From the NCBI GenBank assembly GCA_015059195.1, contig SVAW01000001.1, positions 145,575-209,574 on the forward strand: a stretch of DNA of 64,000 bases. Direction: 5' to 3'. Below are positions 46,156-55,799 of this stretch, piece by piece (position 1 is the first letter of the stretch; each line of letters starts with the position of its first letter). Source of the stretch: Bacillota bacterium. GTDB lineage: Bacteria > Bacillota_I > Bacilli_A > RF39 > UBA660. The position numbers and the translations under genes are program-made. The notes under the pieces are model-generated. The model worked only from the letters and a program-made list of their open reading frames with translations. It did no database searches and was not told where the DNA came from.

Positions 46156-46753
46156 AGATTATAATGATTTTGAACTTCTTTCATATGTAAGTGATGATAA
46201 TGAAGAAGCCGGTGAAGTCTTATTTGAAAAATATCGCCCTTTAATTAGTGCAACAGCCAATAGATTATATTATTATTGTAAAAATACAGGATTAGAAATA
46301 AATGATTTAATTCAAGAAGGAATGCTAGGATTAAATTTAGCTATGAATTCTTTTAATGAGGAAAAAGAAACTAGTTTTTACACATATGCTAAAAAATGTA
46401 TTGAACGAAGAATTATTAGTTTGGTTGTAAGCTCCCGTAGGCTGAAACACAAATTTTTAAATGAATCATTGTCTTTTGAGATTAATGATGAAGTTTCACA
46501 GTCGTTTATTTACGAAAAAAATTTAGGTGATAATAGCTATAATCCTGAAGAAATATTAGTAAATAGTGAGTCTTTTGAAGAATTTATACAAGAAGTTAAT
46601 AGTCATTTAACCGAATTTGAAGTACAAGTTTTTGAATTAAAATTAAATGGATTTGATTATAAAGAGATCGCTGAAATACTAGACAAAGATACTAAGTCAA
46701 TTGATAACGCATTACAAAGAATAAAAGTTAAAATTAAAAGAATTAGAGGATAG
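46145..46753 (+). CDS. sigH: sigma factor SigH
   Basis: DLIQEGMLGL, SFYTYAKKCIERRI and KSIDNALQRIK match B. subtilis SigH; conserved context after mrnC-rlmB. The start could instead be 46121. Confidence 0.8.
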   Translation: MNYRDYNDFELLSYVSDDNEEAGEVLFEKYRPLISATANRLYYYCKNTGLEINDLIQEGMLGLNLAMNSFNEEKETSFYTYAKKCIERRIISLVVSSRRLKHKFLNESLSFEINDEVSQSFIYEKNLGDNSYNPEEILVNSESFEEFIQEVNSHLTEFEVQVFELKLNGFDYKEIAEILDKDTKSIDNALQRIKVKIKRIRG

Positions 46754-46756
46754 TAT

Positions 46757-47524
46757 ATGAAAAGAATAAAAGAGTTTTTAAGGGTGTTGTTGTATCCGGG
46801 GTTATTGTTACTAGCTCAATATGTGTCTATTTTCATATTTACATTTATTTTTAATATTAGTAATACATATGAGGTAGGAAGTAATGAGTATGTAGAAAGT
46901 TTAGCCTACTTTTTTTCAGATTATAGAGTGATAATAGTAATACTTAGTGTTTTACTTTTAATACCACTATTTAAGAAAAAATGTAATTTCAATAAATTAA
47001 GCACAAATAAATATAGTATTATGTTGCTGGTGTTAAATGGAATTAGTTTTGCACTTGTTTATAATTTAACATTGCTTCATTTGAATAAACATCTAAATTT
47101 TACTAATATATTTGATTCAAGTAATACTAATTTATTTCTTGCATTGATTGCTTCTGGCATAATAGGTCCAATTATGGAAGAACTAATTTTCAGAAACATT
47201 GTTTATGAACGATTTAAAAAATCGTATAAACCAATTATTGCGATAGCATTAACAGGGTTATTATTTGGCTTGTTTCATGGAAATATTATTCAATTTTTGT
47301 ATGCGTTTTTGCTTAATTTTATACTTATATTTGTATATGAAAAATTTCAAAGCATATATGCCCCTATAGTTGTTCATGTGTCGGCTAATTGTGGATTACA
47401 GTTGTTTTTAACATTTATAAATTATAACAATATATATATTAGTAGTATGTTTTTAATAATTAATATAATGATTTTAATAACTTCTTATAAATTATTAAAT
47501 CTTAACACTGAGAAAAATGAGTAA
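46757..47524 (+). CDS. CPBP-family intramembrane glutamic endopeptidase
   Basis: EELIFRN and FGLFH motifs in a multi-TM protein. Confidence 0.75.
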   Translation: MKRIKEFLRVLLYPGLLLLAQYVSIFIFTFIFNISNTYEVGSNEYVESLAYFFSDYRVIIVILSVLLLIPLFKKKCNFNKLSTNKYSIMLLVLNGISFALVYNLTLLHLNKHLNFTNIFDSSNTNLFLALIASGIIGPIMEELIFRNIVYERFKKSYKPIIAIALTGLLFGLFHGNIIQFLYAFLLNFILIFVYEKFQSIYAPIVVHVSANCGLQLFLTFINYNNIYISSMFLIINIMILITSYKLLNLNTEKNE

Positions 47525-47539
47525 TCTCAGTGTTTTTGT
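47508..47539 (+). terminator. intrinsic terminator
   Basis: CACTGAGA-(11 nt)-TCTCAGTG plus T5. Confidence 0.7.
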
Positions 47540-47596
47540 TAATTGACATAACATATTATTAATTGTAGAATAAAATCTTAATGAGGAGTGATCTTA

Positions 47597-48508
47597 GTGG
47601 GACGAATAGAAAGTGTTTTTGATAATTATACTTCTAGATTTTTATCTGAAAATGATAATAAAGCGGGTTATGCAGATAAATATAATCATTCTTATTTTGT
47701 CATGCAGGAATCTTTGTTGGTAGATCAAACTTTTACTCAATATAATACAAGCTTTCAAGAACTTTTAAAAATACAAAGTTTATATCATGATATTGGAAGA
47801 TTTCTTCAGTTAAAGTTGGTGGGGAGCTTTTCTGATTACGCTTTGTCACAGCGGTTAACTGGTATTTGTGATCATGGAGATTTGGGTTCAACCATTATGC
47901 ATGATGAGCTGTTAAGAGAACTATTTCCTAAAGATAATATTTTTGATGAAGAAATTGCTAAAGTTATAAGATTACATACTAAAGATAATAAAGGTCTTTT
48001 AAAATTTATAAAAAGAGAGCTTATTGAACGATTTAAAAATTATGATTTAAGGGATCTATTTGTTTCGCAAAAATCTGGTCAAGAAAGGACAGCTTTAACC
48101 GCAGTAAATACTGCAATTATTCAAGACGCTGACAGATTAGATATTTTTAGAAAAATAGTAAATAGAATTTGGGTTCCCAATGTTAGTCATGAAAATATCC
48201 ATGAGCAGGTGTGGAGCTGGTTTTATGAAGGGAACCTACCATCTATTAACGAGCTAAAGAAAATGGGATATTGGAATGCGAATGTGGGACATTTGATTAG
48301 AATGAACTTTATCAATCAGATGTACTTAGTTCCGGAATTGCAAAAAATTCGCGATGAACAATTAATTCAGAGAGTTTATACTGTGAGTGGCAATGAAATA
48401 GTAAAACCTGCATATGATTTTGCCATTGAAAAACTAGATAGTTTAATTGATGAAAGTGAAGATAAAATATTAGTCAAAAAAAGGTATACTGGTGAATCAA
48501 TCGGTTAA
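47597..48508 (+). CDS. HD-domain phosphohydrolase-like protein
   Basis: LYHDIGRF (HD) and QDADRLD motifs. SD GAGGAG before GTG 47597. Confidence 0.6.
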   Translation: MGRIESVFDNYTSRFLSENDNKAGYADKYNHSYFVMQESLLVDQTFTQYNTSFQELLKIQSLYHDIGRFLQLKLVGSFSDYALSQRLTGICDHGDLGSTIMHDELLRELFPKDNIFDEEIAKVIRLHTKDNKGLLKFIKRELIERFKNYDLRDLFVSQKSGQERTALTAVNTAIIQDADRLDIFRKIVNRIWVPNVSHENIHEQVWSWFYEGNLPSINELKKMGYWNANVGHLIRMNFINQMYLVPELQKIRDEQLIQRVYTVSGNEIVKPAYDFAIEKLDSLIDESEDKILVKKRYTGESIG

Positions 48509-48524
48509 TAAATTTCGTGTTCAT

Positions 48525-48562
48525 AAAACGTTTTTATTAGAAATATAATAAAAGCGTTTTTT
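48525..48562 (+). terminator. intrinsic terminator
   Basis: AAAACGTTTTTATTA-gaaata-TAATAAAAGCGTTTT (one G-U pair) plus TT. Confidence 0.6.
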
Positions 48563-48650
48563 AATGGATTATTAGAAGTTTTAATTTACATTTCTATGTA
48601 AAATTGTTTTTATTATAAACAATAATTGTGGTAAAATATATGTAGGTGAT

Positions 48651-49388
48651 ATGATGTTAAAGACTATAAGAGGAGTAAATGTCAATTATATAAATTATGG
48701 TACTGGAAAAGATACAATAGTTTTACTTCATGGTTGGGGTCAAAATATTGAAATGATGCAGCCAATAGGGAATGGTTTAAGTAAGAATTACAGTATTGTT
48801 ATTATAGATCTTCCTGGGTTTGGGTTAAGTGAGGAACCTAAAGGTATATGGACACTATATGATTATGTAGAATGTGTCCATGAATTGTTAGAAGGTTTAA
48901 AAGTATCTAATCCGATTTTAATGGGCCATTCTTTTGGTGGAAAAATAAGTTTATTATATGCTAGCAAATATGGGGTTAAAAAGTTAGTAGTATTTGGGAG
49001 CCCATTTAAAAGGGAAATAACAAAATTATCATTAAAAACAAAAATACTAAAAGAATTAAAAAAGATTCCTGGAATCAACAAACTTGAATTATTTGCAAAA
49101 AAACACATGGGTTCTACAGATTATAGAAATGCTAGTGAAGTAATGAGAAAAATATTAGTAGAACATGTTAACCTAGATATTACTGAAGAGGTCAAAAAAA
49201 TAAAGTGCTCAACTTTAATTATATGGGGGACCAATGATGAAGCAGTATCAATTAATGATGCTTATGAATTAGAAAAGTTAATTAAAGATGCAGGAGTTGT
49301 TTCCTATGAGGGATGCACTCACTATGCATATTTGGAAAGATTGGGTCAAACCATTAATGTTTTAAATAGTTTCTTAGGAGGTAAATAG
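48651..49388 (+). CDS. alpha/beta-fold hydrolase
   Basis: HGWG oxyanion region and nucleophile elbow GHSFGG. Confidence 0.75.
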   Translation: MMLKTIRGVNVNYINYGTGKDTIVLLHGWGQNIEMMQPIGNGLSKNYSIVIIDLPGFGLSEEPKGIWTLYDYVECVHELLEGLKVSNPILMGHSFGGKISLLYASKYGVKKLVVFGSPFKREITKLSLKTKILKELKKIPGINKLELFAKKHMGSTDYRNASEVMRKILVEHVNLDITEEVKKIKCSTLIIWGTNDEAVSINDAYELEKLIKDAGVVSYEGCTHYAYLERLGQTINVLNSFLGGK

Positions 49389-50975
49389 ATGGGCTGGTTT
49401 TTATTAAGTTTAATTCCATTTCTATTTTATGGAATATTAAAAACAAAAAAGATTTTACACATTTTACAACAAAATTGGTATAACGACGGTAATCGCTATA
49501 TTAATTGGATTAAAAATAATGTTAAAAAGGTATTTTATTCTTTTGATGCTTTATTTGTAATTTTTGTTTTAGGGTTAATTTTACCATATAAATATCTATT
49601 AATATTATTTATAGCATTTTATGTAGTTTCGTTTGTCCTACTACATAAAAAGAGCAAATTAGAGCAAGTGAAAAAACCACTGGTAGTAACAGCTAGAATA
49701 AAGAGATTAATTATGACATCTTTAGTTTTTTATGCTATTGCAATAACTGTTATGTGTTTAACATTTGATGAAAAATATGTGTGGCTTTATTATTTAGGTT
49801 TAGGGTTGACTATGTATCTACAATATATTTATTTATATTTGGTTAATATTGTAAATAAGCCAATTGAAAAGCAAGTGTTTTATCATTTTAGAAGACAAGC
49901 TGTAAAAAAGTTAAAAAGTATGAGTAATATGAGTGTCGTTGGAATTACTGGAAGTTATGGTAAAACAAGTAGTAAAAATATTTTAAGTGATATTTTAAAT
50001 ATTAAATTTAACGCGTTTCCAACTCCTAAAAATTTCAACACTACTTATGGAATGATTAATACTATCAACAATTATTTAGATAAGTTTAATGATATATTTA
50101 TCGCAGAAATGGGAGCGTTTAAAGTTGGGGAGATTCAAGAAATTTGTGATTTAGTTCGACCAAAATATGGAATATTAACCACTATAGGTACTGCTCATTT
50201 AGAAAGTTTTGGAAATAGAGAAAATATTCAAAAAGGAAAATTTGAACTAATCGAATCATTACCTAGTGATGGAGTAGGCGTTCTTAATGGTGATGATCCA
50301 TATCAATTAAATTATCAACTTAAGAACAACTGTAAAATATTATGGATTGGAATTGACAATAAAGATGTTGATTTTTATGCAGAAAATATCAAATTGTCAA
50401 ATAAAGGCATGGAGTTTGATGTAAAAATCAAGGGTGATAAAACAAAATATCATTTTGCAACAAGATTGCTAGGACGCGCGAATATATATAATATTTTATC
50501 AGGGATTGCCTTAGGATATTATCTTGGTATAAGTATGGAAGATTTATATCGTGGTGTTAAAAAAGTAAACTCGATTGAACATAGACTAGAGCTAAAGAAA
50601 ATGGGGAATATTAATATTATTGATGACGCTTATAATTCAAATCCTGTAGGTTCAAAAATGGCACTAGATGTTTTAAATCTTATGCCTGGTAAAAAGATTA
50701 TTGTTACTCCAGGAATGATAGAATTAGGAGCTGAGCAATATAATTTGAATTTTGAATTTGGTACTTATATTGCAGATATTTGCGATGAAGTAATTTTAAT
50801 TGGTAGAGAGCAAACTAAACCAATCTTTGATGGATTAGAAAGTAAAAAATATAATAAGAAGCATATTCACATTTTACAAGATGTAAGAAAGGCATTTCCA
50901 TTAATGAGAAGTTTAGGCGATGATGAAACTTATGTTTTATTGGAAAATGATTTGCCAGATATTTTTAATGAGTGA
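49389..50975 (+). CDS. murF: Mur ligase (MurF-like, UDP-MurNAc-tripeptide--D-Ala-D-Ala ligase) with N-terminal ~4-TM membrane domain
   Basis: GITGSYGKTSSK P-loop, TTIGTAHLE and IIDDAYNSNP motifs. The first ~165 aa are hydrophobic helices. Adjacent to ddl. Confidence 0.75.
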   Translation: MGWFLLSLIPFLFYGILKTKKILHILQQNWYNDGNRYINWIKNNVKKVFYSFDALFVIFVLGLILPYKYLLILFIAFYVVSFVLLHKKSKLEQVKKPLVVTARIKRLIMTSLVFYAIAITVMCLTFDEKYVWLYYLGLGLTMYLQYIYLYLVNIVNKPIEKQVFYHFRRQAVKKLKSMSNMSVVGITGSYGKTSSKNILSDILNIKFNAFPTPKNFNTTYGMINTINNYLDKFNDIFIAEMGAFKVGEIQEICDLVRPKYGILTTIGTAHLESFGNRENIQKGKFELIESLPSDGVGVLNGDDPYQLNYQLKNNCKILWIGIDNKDVDFYAENIKLSNKGMEFDVKIKGDKTKYHFATRLLGRANIYNILSGIALGYYLGISMEDLYRGVKKVNSIEHRLELKKMGNINIIDDAYNSNPVGSKMALDVLNLMPGKKIIVTPGMIELGAEQYNLNFEFGTYIADICDEVILIGREQTKPIFDGLESKKYNKKHIHILQDVRKAFPLMRSLGDDETYVLLENDLPDIFNE

Positions 50976-51083
50976 TAATATAAATATGTTTTGATAGAGT
51001 TGATTTGTTGGTTACTAAAAGCTATAATATATTTATGTATTAAAAAATACTTGGTGGAATGATTTAAATAGGAGAGTGAAGTT

Positions 51084-52271
51084 ATGAAGATAAAAATAGG
51101 AGTCATATTTGGTGGTGAAACAGTAGAACATGAAGTTAGTATTATCACTGCAGTTCAAGCTATGAATAGTATGGATGAAGACAAATATGAAATTATTCCG
51201 ATATATATTGCGAAAGACCGTACTTGGTATACCGGTGCTATGCTAAAGGAAATAGAGGTTTATAAAAATTTTGATGATTTAAAAAAATATGCTAAGAAGG
51301 TTAGTTTATGCAAAAGAGACGGTGGATTTTACTTAGTAAATACTAAGGGCTTAATTCGTCGTGATGTATGTGAACTAGATATTGCATTTCCAATAGTACA
51401 TGGGAACAATGCAGAAGATGGTACTTTGCAAGGACATCTAGATACAGTGGGAATTCCATACGTTGGAAGTAGAGTATTGGGTTCTGCTTTAGGTCAAGAT
51501 AAAGTAATTATGAAACAAATCTTTGAAAGTTGTAATTTACCAATTGCTCCATATACTTGGTTTTATGATTGTGAGTATCTAGATGATTCTGATAGAATAA
51601 AAAAAGGAATTGACAAATTAGGATATCCGGTAATAGTAAAACCAGCATCTTTAGGTAGTAGTGTTGGAATTATGGTTGCTAAAAATGAGACAGAATTAGA
51701 AGAGGCAATTAATGATGCATTAAAGTATGATACTAAAATAGTAGTGGAAAAAGTAATTGAAAACATGATAGAAGTAAACTGTAGCGTTCTTGGAAACTAC
51801 GAACATCAAACAACTAGCGAATTAGAAGAAGTAATGGGTTCTGAGGAGTTCCTTACTTATAAAGATAAATATTTGGGTAATGCTAAAGGCGGCAAATCTA
51901 AGGGTATGGCTTCAACCAACCGGATAATACCAGCAAGAATTAGTAAAGAACTTAGAGAAGAAATAGAGAGTTTATCTAAAAAGGTATTTAGATGCTTAAA
52001 TTTAAGTGGGGTATGTAGAATTGATTATTTGGTGGATCAAAAAGCGCATAAAGCATATATTAATGAACCAAATACAATTCCAGGTTCTCTAGCATTCTAT
52101 TTATGGGAACCAACAGGTAAAAAATATTCTGAATTATTGGATGAGATGATTACTTTAGCTATTAAAGATTATAAAAATAGAAGCAAAAAAATATACTCAT
52201 TTGATACTAATATTTTAAGTAACTTTAGTGGAAGTAAAGGATTAAAAGGTCTTAAAGGAAAACTAAAATAG
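51084..52271 (+). CDS. ddl: D-alanine--D-alanine ligase
   Basis: GVIFGGETVEHEVS, ATP-grasp core (PVIVKPASLGSSVGI) and EPNTIPG motifs. Confidence 0.9.
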   Translation: MKIKIGVIFGGETVEHEVSIITAVQAMNSMDEDKYEIIPIYIAKDRTWYTGAMLKEIEVYKNFDDLKKYAKKVSLCKRDGGFYLVNTKGLIRRDVCELDIAFPIVHGNNAEDGTLQGHLDTVGIPYVGSRVLGSALGQDKVIMKQIFESCNLPIAPYTWFYDCEYLDDSDRIKKGIDKLGYPVIVKPASLGSSVGIMVAKNETELEEAINDALKYDTKIVVEKVIENMIEVNCSVLGNYEHQTTSELEEVMGSEEFLTYKDKYLGNAKGGKSKGMASTNRIIPARISKELREEIESLSKKVFRCLNLSGVCRIDYLVDQKAHKAYINEPNTIPGSLAFYLWEPTGKKYSELLDEMITLAIKDYKNRSKKIYSFDTNILSNFSGSKGLKGLKGKLK

Positions 52272-52290
52272 TAGAACTCTACTATTTTTT
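52267..52290 (+). terminator. intrinsic terminator after ddl
   Basis: AATAGTAG-aact-CTACTATT plus T-run. Confidence 0.65.
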
Positions 52291-52327
52291 AATAATTATC
52301 ATTAAAAATTATGATATAGTAATACTG

Positions 52328-52918
52328 GTGATTAAATTGAGGAAAACAGAATTTGATTTAGAATGTTATAAAAAAACAATTAAAGTAATACGAACTGTAT
52401 TTAATACATTATATTGCCCTAACATTGAAGGGTTAGAAAATTTACAGTGCGAATCCGGTTTTATTTTGGCGGGTAATCACAAGTCCCTATTAGATGTGCC
52501 ACTGCTTGCGAGCGCAGTAGAACCGCATGTTCATTTTATGGGGAAAAAAGAGCTGTTTGACAAACGATTACTCAACTATATATTTACTAAATTAGGCGCC
52601 TTCCCAGTAGATCGTGATGGTATAGATATAAATGCGATTAAAATAGCAATGAAGTTATTAAGAGAAGATGAAGTATTAGGGATATTTCCGGAAGGCACCA
52701 GAAACAAGGGAATCGAACTATTACCTTTTAAAGAAGGAACTACTAGAATTGCCGCAAAGACTAAAAAGCCTATCATTCCGTTTGGGATAAGTGGAGAATA
52801 TAAATTGCGAGGCGGTATAACGATTAGGTTTGGTGAAGCTATTGATTTCAATATAATATCTGTAGATAGCGAAAATGAATATCTTCGAGCTAAGGTAAAA
52901 GAATTGATTATCAAATAA
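52328..52918 (+). CDS. plsC: 1-acyl-sn-glycerol-3-phosphate acyltransferase
   Basis: NHKSLLD (HX4D) and FPEGTR motifs. Start codon uncertain. Confidence 0.8.
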   Translation: MIKLRKTEFDLECYKKTIKVIRTVFNTLYCPNIEGLENLQCESGFILAGNHKSLLDVPLLASAVEPHVHFMGKKELFDKRLLNYIFTKLGAFPVDRDGIDINAIKIAMKLLREDEVLGIFPEGTRNKGIELLPFKEGTTRIAAKTKKPIIPFGISGEYKLRGGITIRFGEAIDFNIISVDSENEYLRAKVKELIIK

Positions 52919-53037
52919 ATAAAAAATATTTTGATGCAATAACAAATGAACTGATAAATTAAATATTTATCGGTTTTTTATTTTAAATTTATAGAAAAAG
53001 CCTTTAGTTTTTGATATACTTAATAATAGGTGATAAT

Positions 53038-53931
53038 ATGAAAATTTTAGTAATTGGTCACGCAGCTTATGATATGACTTTTCCGTTAGATAAATTCCCA
53101 GAAGAAAACACAAAAAATAGAGTTTCTAAAAGAGTAGAATGCGGAGGGGGGCCTTCTTATAATGCAGCCTATTTATTAGGTAAGTGGGGAATGGATGTAC
53201 ATTTTGCTGGTGTAGTTGGTAATGATAATTTTGGAAGAAGAGTTGCTCATCAACTACAAACTGTGGGTATTAAAACTAAGTATCTACAAATGAGTGATAA
53301 ATTTCCAACTACCAACAGTATTATTATTGCTAATACTAGTATTGGAAGTAGAACAGTGTTTACATACCGTCCAGAAAATATGCAAATGGAGGATTTTGAA
53401 CTTGATTTTGAACCAGACATCATACTTATGGATGGGCAAGAATATGATTTATCAATGAAGTTTATCAAAAAGTATCCTAATTCAGTTACAATAATTGATG
53501 CCGGAAGACCTAAAGAAAAAATCATAGAGTTAGCTAAAATGGTTAATTACGTAGTATGTTCTAAAGAGTTTGCAGAAACAGTAACTGGTATAAAAATGCA
53601 AGAAAATAGTTCTGTCATTAATTTATATAAAAAGATGGAGAGTATTTTCCCGGGTAAAATAATTGTTACATTAGAATCTAAAGGGGCTTTGTATAAATAT
53701 AATAATCAGATTAAGATAATGCCGTCATTAAGGGTTAAGGCAATTGATTCAACGGGTGCAGGTGATATATTTCATGGGGCCTTTACTTATGCGATTTCCC
53801 ACAACTATGATTTAGAAAAAGCAATCATGATTTCTAACGTAGCGGGGGCTTTATCAGTGACTAAGATAGGAAGCCTAGCATCCATGCCAGAAAAAGTAGA
53901 TATAAAGGAATATATTCATGACTTTAAATAG
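53038..53931 (+). CDS. PfkB-family carbohydrate kinase (ribokinase-like)
   Basis: N-terminal GG dipeptide region (ECGGGPSYNAA) and C-terminal DSTGAGD motif. Confidence 0.8.
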   Translation: MKILVIGHAAYDMTFPLDKFPEENTKNRVSKRVECGGGPSYNAAYLLGKWGMDVHFAGVVGNDNFGRRVAHQLQTVGIKTKYLQMSDKFPTTNSIIIANTSIGSRTVFTYRPENMQMEDFELDFEPDIILMDGQEYDLSMKFIKKYPNSVTIIDAGRPKEKIIELAKMVNYVVCSKEFAETVTGIKMQENSSVINLYKKMESIFPGKIIVTLESKGALYKYNNQIKIMPSLRVKAIDSTGAGDIFHGAFTYAISHNYDLEKAIMISNVAGALSVTKIGSLASMPEKVDIKEYIHDFK

Positions 53932-54184
53932 TGTTATATATGTAGATTCACTTCCTAAATTAGATTTACATGGTTTAGATAGAGAAACTGCGCGAGTATT
54001 AATTAATGATTTTATTCGTGATAATAAGATTATGAAAAATGAAATTATTAATATTGTACATGGACGTGGTAGTGGGGTTTTGAGAGAAACAACTTATCAA
54101 ACTTTGAAAGCTAATAAAAACATAGTGGAGTTTAAATCTTTTTATAACAATGATGGCTGTACAATTGCTAAAATAAAGATTTGA
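53918..54184 (+). CDS. Smr-domain protein
   Basis: LDLHG and IVHGRGSGVLR Smr motifs; 88 aa. Confidence 0.75.
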   Translation: MTLNSVIYVDSLPKLDLHGLDRETARVLINDFIRDNKIMKNEIINIVHGRGSGVLRETTYQTLKANKNIVEFKSFYNNDGCTIAKIKI

Positions 54185-54278
54185 CAAACTCGAAAAAAAT
54201 GATACAATATATACCGACAACGAGATACTGACCATAAAATGGCGGAAATTTGACAAAAATTAATATTTATGTTAGTAT
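54181..54278 (+). promoter_or_regulatory. tandem sigma-A-type promoters plus conserved box upstream of 54310 gene
   Basis: P1 is TTGACA 54181-54186 with TGaTACAAT 54200-54208. The box ATATACCGACAACGAGATA lies at 54209-54227. P2 is TTGACA 54250-54255, 17 nt, TGtTAGTAT 54270-54278. The same architecture occurs at 57744-57842. Confidence 0.45.
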
Positions 54279-54309
54279 AGACGCCAACAAATCAAAAGGG
54301 GGATTTAAT

Positions 54310-55692
54310 ATGTACGAAGAAAGAGAAAGATTTTCAGTTAGAGACGTAATATTACAAATTATTTTAGTAGTATTATTTGTATTCTTATTATTGTGGTTGT
54401 TTCCAACCAAAAGTTATGTAGATAACAAAGTGGGAAACACTTTAAACCCAATAAATCAACAGTTGTTCTCACAAAACATTAATACAATGAAAGAAGCTGC
54501 AACTAGTTATTTTACAACATCTAGATTACCAAAAAATATTGGTGATAAAGAAACATTAACACTAGGAGATATGTTAGATAAGAAATTATTAATACCATTC
54601 TTAGATAGTAATAATAATCAATGTAGTTTGACAGAATCTTATGTAGAAATTACTAAGATGGATGACGAATACATTTTAAAGGTAAATCTAAGTTGTAGTG
54701 ATAATAGTGACTATATTTTAGTTCATCTAGGATGCTATAGTTACTGTGAAAATGGATTATGTGAGAAACAAGAGGAGACCAAACCAGTAGTAAAACCAAC
54801 AATTACTCAAAAATACAAATATGAATATGAATTAGTAACTAATGGTAAATGGGGAGAATGGTCAAGTTGGTCAAATTGGTCTAAAGTTAAAGTAGACAAA
54901 ACTGATTATCGTAATGTTAAAACTAAAAATGAAAAAGTAATAACTGGTACAGAAACTATTAAAGTTGGTACAGAAACAATTACAAAAGATGCTAAGGAAA
55001 ATGTTAATTACTATTGTCCTAAAGGATACACGAGAGAAGGAACACGTTGTACTCGTCCAGTTACAAAAACTGAGACAATTGACGCTACAAAAAATGCAAA
55101 AGATAATTGTCCAAGTGGATATACTTTGAATGGCAATGAATGTAGTAAAGAAGTTACTTATTTATCTTCTTATAAAAAAGGTGACTATGTAAAAACAGTT
55201 TATAATGCATCTAGTGTTCCAAAAGATACAAACAAATATTTTTATAAAGAAGTTGGGGCTGACTACGTTTATGCTTGTGAAGGAAGTTGTGCTTTCAAAT
55301 GGGTATACACATATGAAGTTTATAAATCAACTCCAGTTTACAAAACAAAAGTTGAAACAGTTGCAAAAAACACAACAACAACATACAGTTGTCCAAGTGG
55401 ATATACATTAAGTGGAACAAAATGTAATAAACAAGTTACAACAACTCAAACAATAAATGCATCAAAAAATGTTACATATAGTTGTGATGCTGGTGAATTA
55501 TCTGGTAAAAGCTGTATAACATATAAAGATAAATATGAAACAATTAATATATATGAAACAGTGACATACTATAGCTATCAAGAAAGAAAATATATTTCTG
55601 GAGAGCGCAAAATAGTATGGAGTACTACCAAAAACGATACAAAATTAATTGAGCAAGGTTACAAGTTGACTGGCAAAACACAAAAAATATAA
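54310..55692 (+). CDS. N-terminally anchored extracytoplasmic protein with Trp-ladder and repeated Cys-hairpin modules
   Basis: SD AAGGGGGA. TM DVILQIILVVLFVFLLLWLF. WGEWSSWSNWS motif. Repeats YYCPKGYTREGTRC / NCPSGYTLNGNEC / YSCPSGYTLSGTKC / YSCDAGELSGKSC are separated by T-rich linkers. Confidence 0.6.
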   Translation: MYEERERFSVRDVILQIILVVLFVFLLLWLFPTKSYVDNKVGNTLNPINQQLFSQNINTMKEAATSYFTTSRLPKNIGDKETLTLGDMLDKKLLIPFLDSNNNQCSLTESYVEITKMDDEYILKVNLSCSDNSDYILVHLGCYSYCENGLCEKQEETKPVVKPTITQKYKYEYELVTNGKWGEWSSWSNWSKVKVDKTDYRNVKTKNEKVITGTETIKVGTETITKDAKENVNYYCPKGYTREGTRCTRPVTKTETIDATKNAKDNCPSGYTLNGNECSKEVTYLSSYKKGDYVKTVYNASSVPKDTNKYFYKEVGADYVYACEGSCAFKWVYTYEVYKSTPVYKTKVETVAKNTTTTYSCPSGYTLSGTKCNKQVTTTQTINASKNVTYSCDAGELSGKSCITYKDKYETINIYETVTYYSYQERKYISGERKIVWSTTKNDTKLIEQGYKLTGKTQKI

Positions 55693-55698
55693 AAACGT

Positions 55699-55729
55699 AA
55701 AAGAAGTGCTGAAAAGCACTTCTTTGTTT
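55699..55729 (+). terminator. intrinsic terminator
   Basis: AAAAGAAGTGCT-gaaa-AGCACTTCTTT then GTTTG. Confidence 0.65.
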
Positions 55730-55799
55730 GACAAAGCACATCTTTTTGTGATATCCTTAGTATAGGATAGAGGCGAGTTGAATAGAGGAGGTGGATAAT

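Noticed and set aside
54250-54309. The track start (TTG 54250) for the Cys-repeat protein, and the overlapping ORF 55205-55411
   Set aside because: TTG 54250 is the -35 hexamer of the second promoter. A strong SD precedes ATG 54310. ORF 55205-55411 is an alternative frame inside the gene with no SD.
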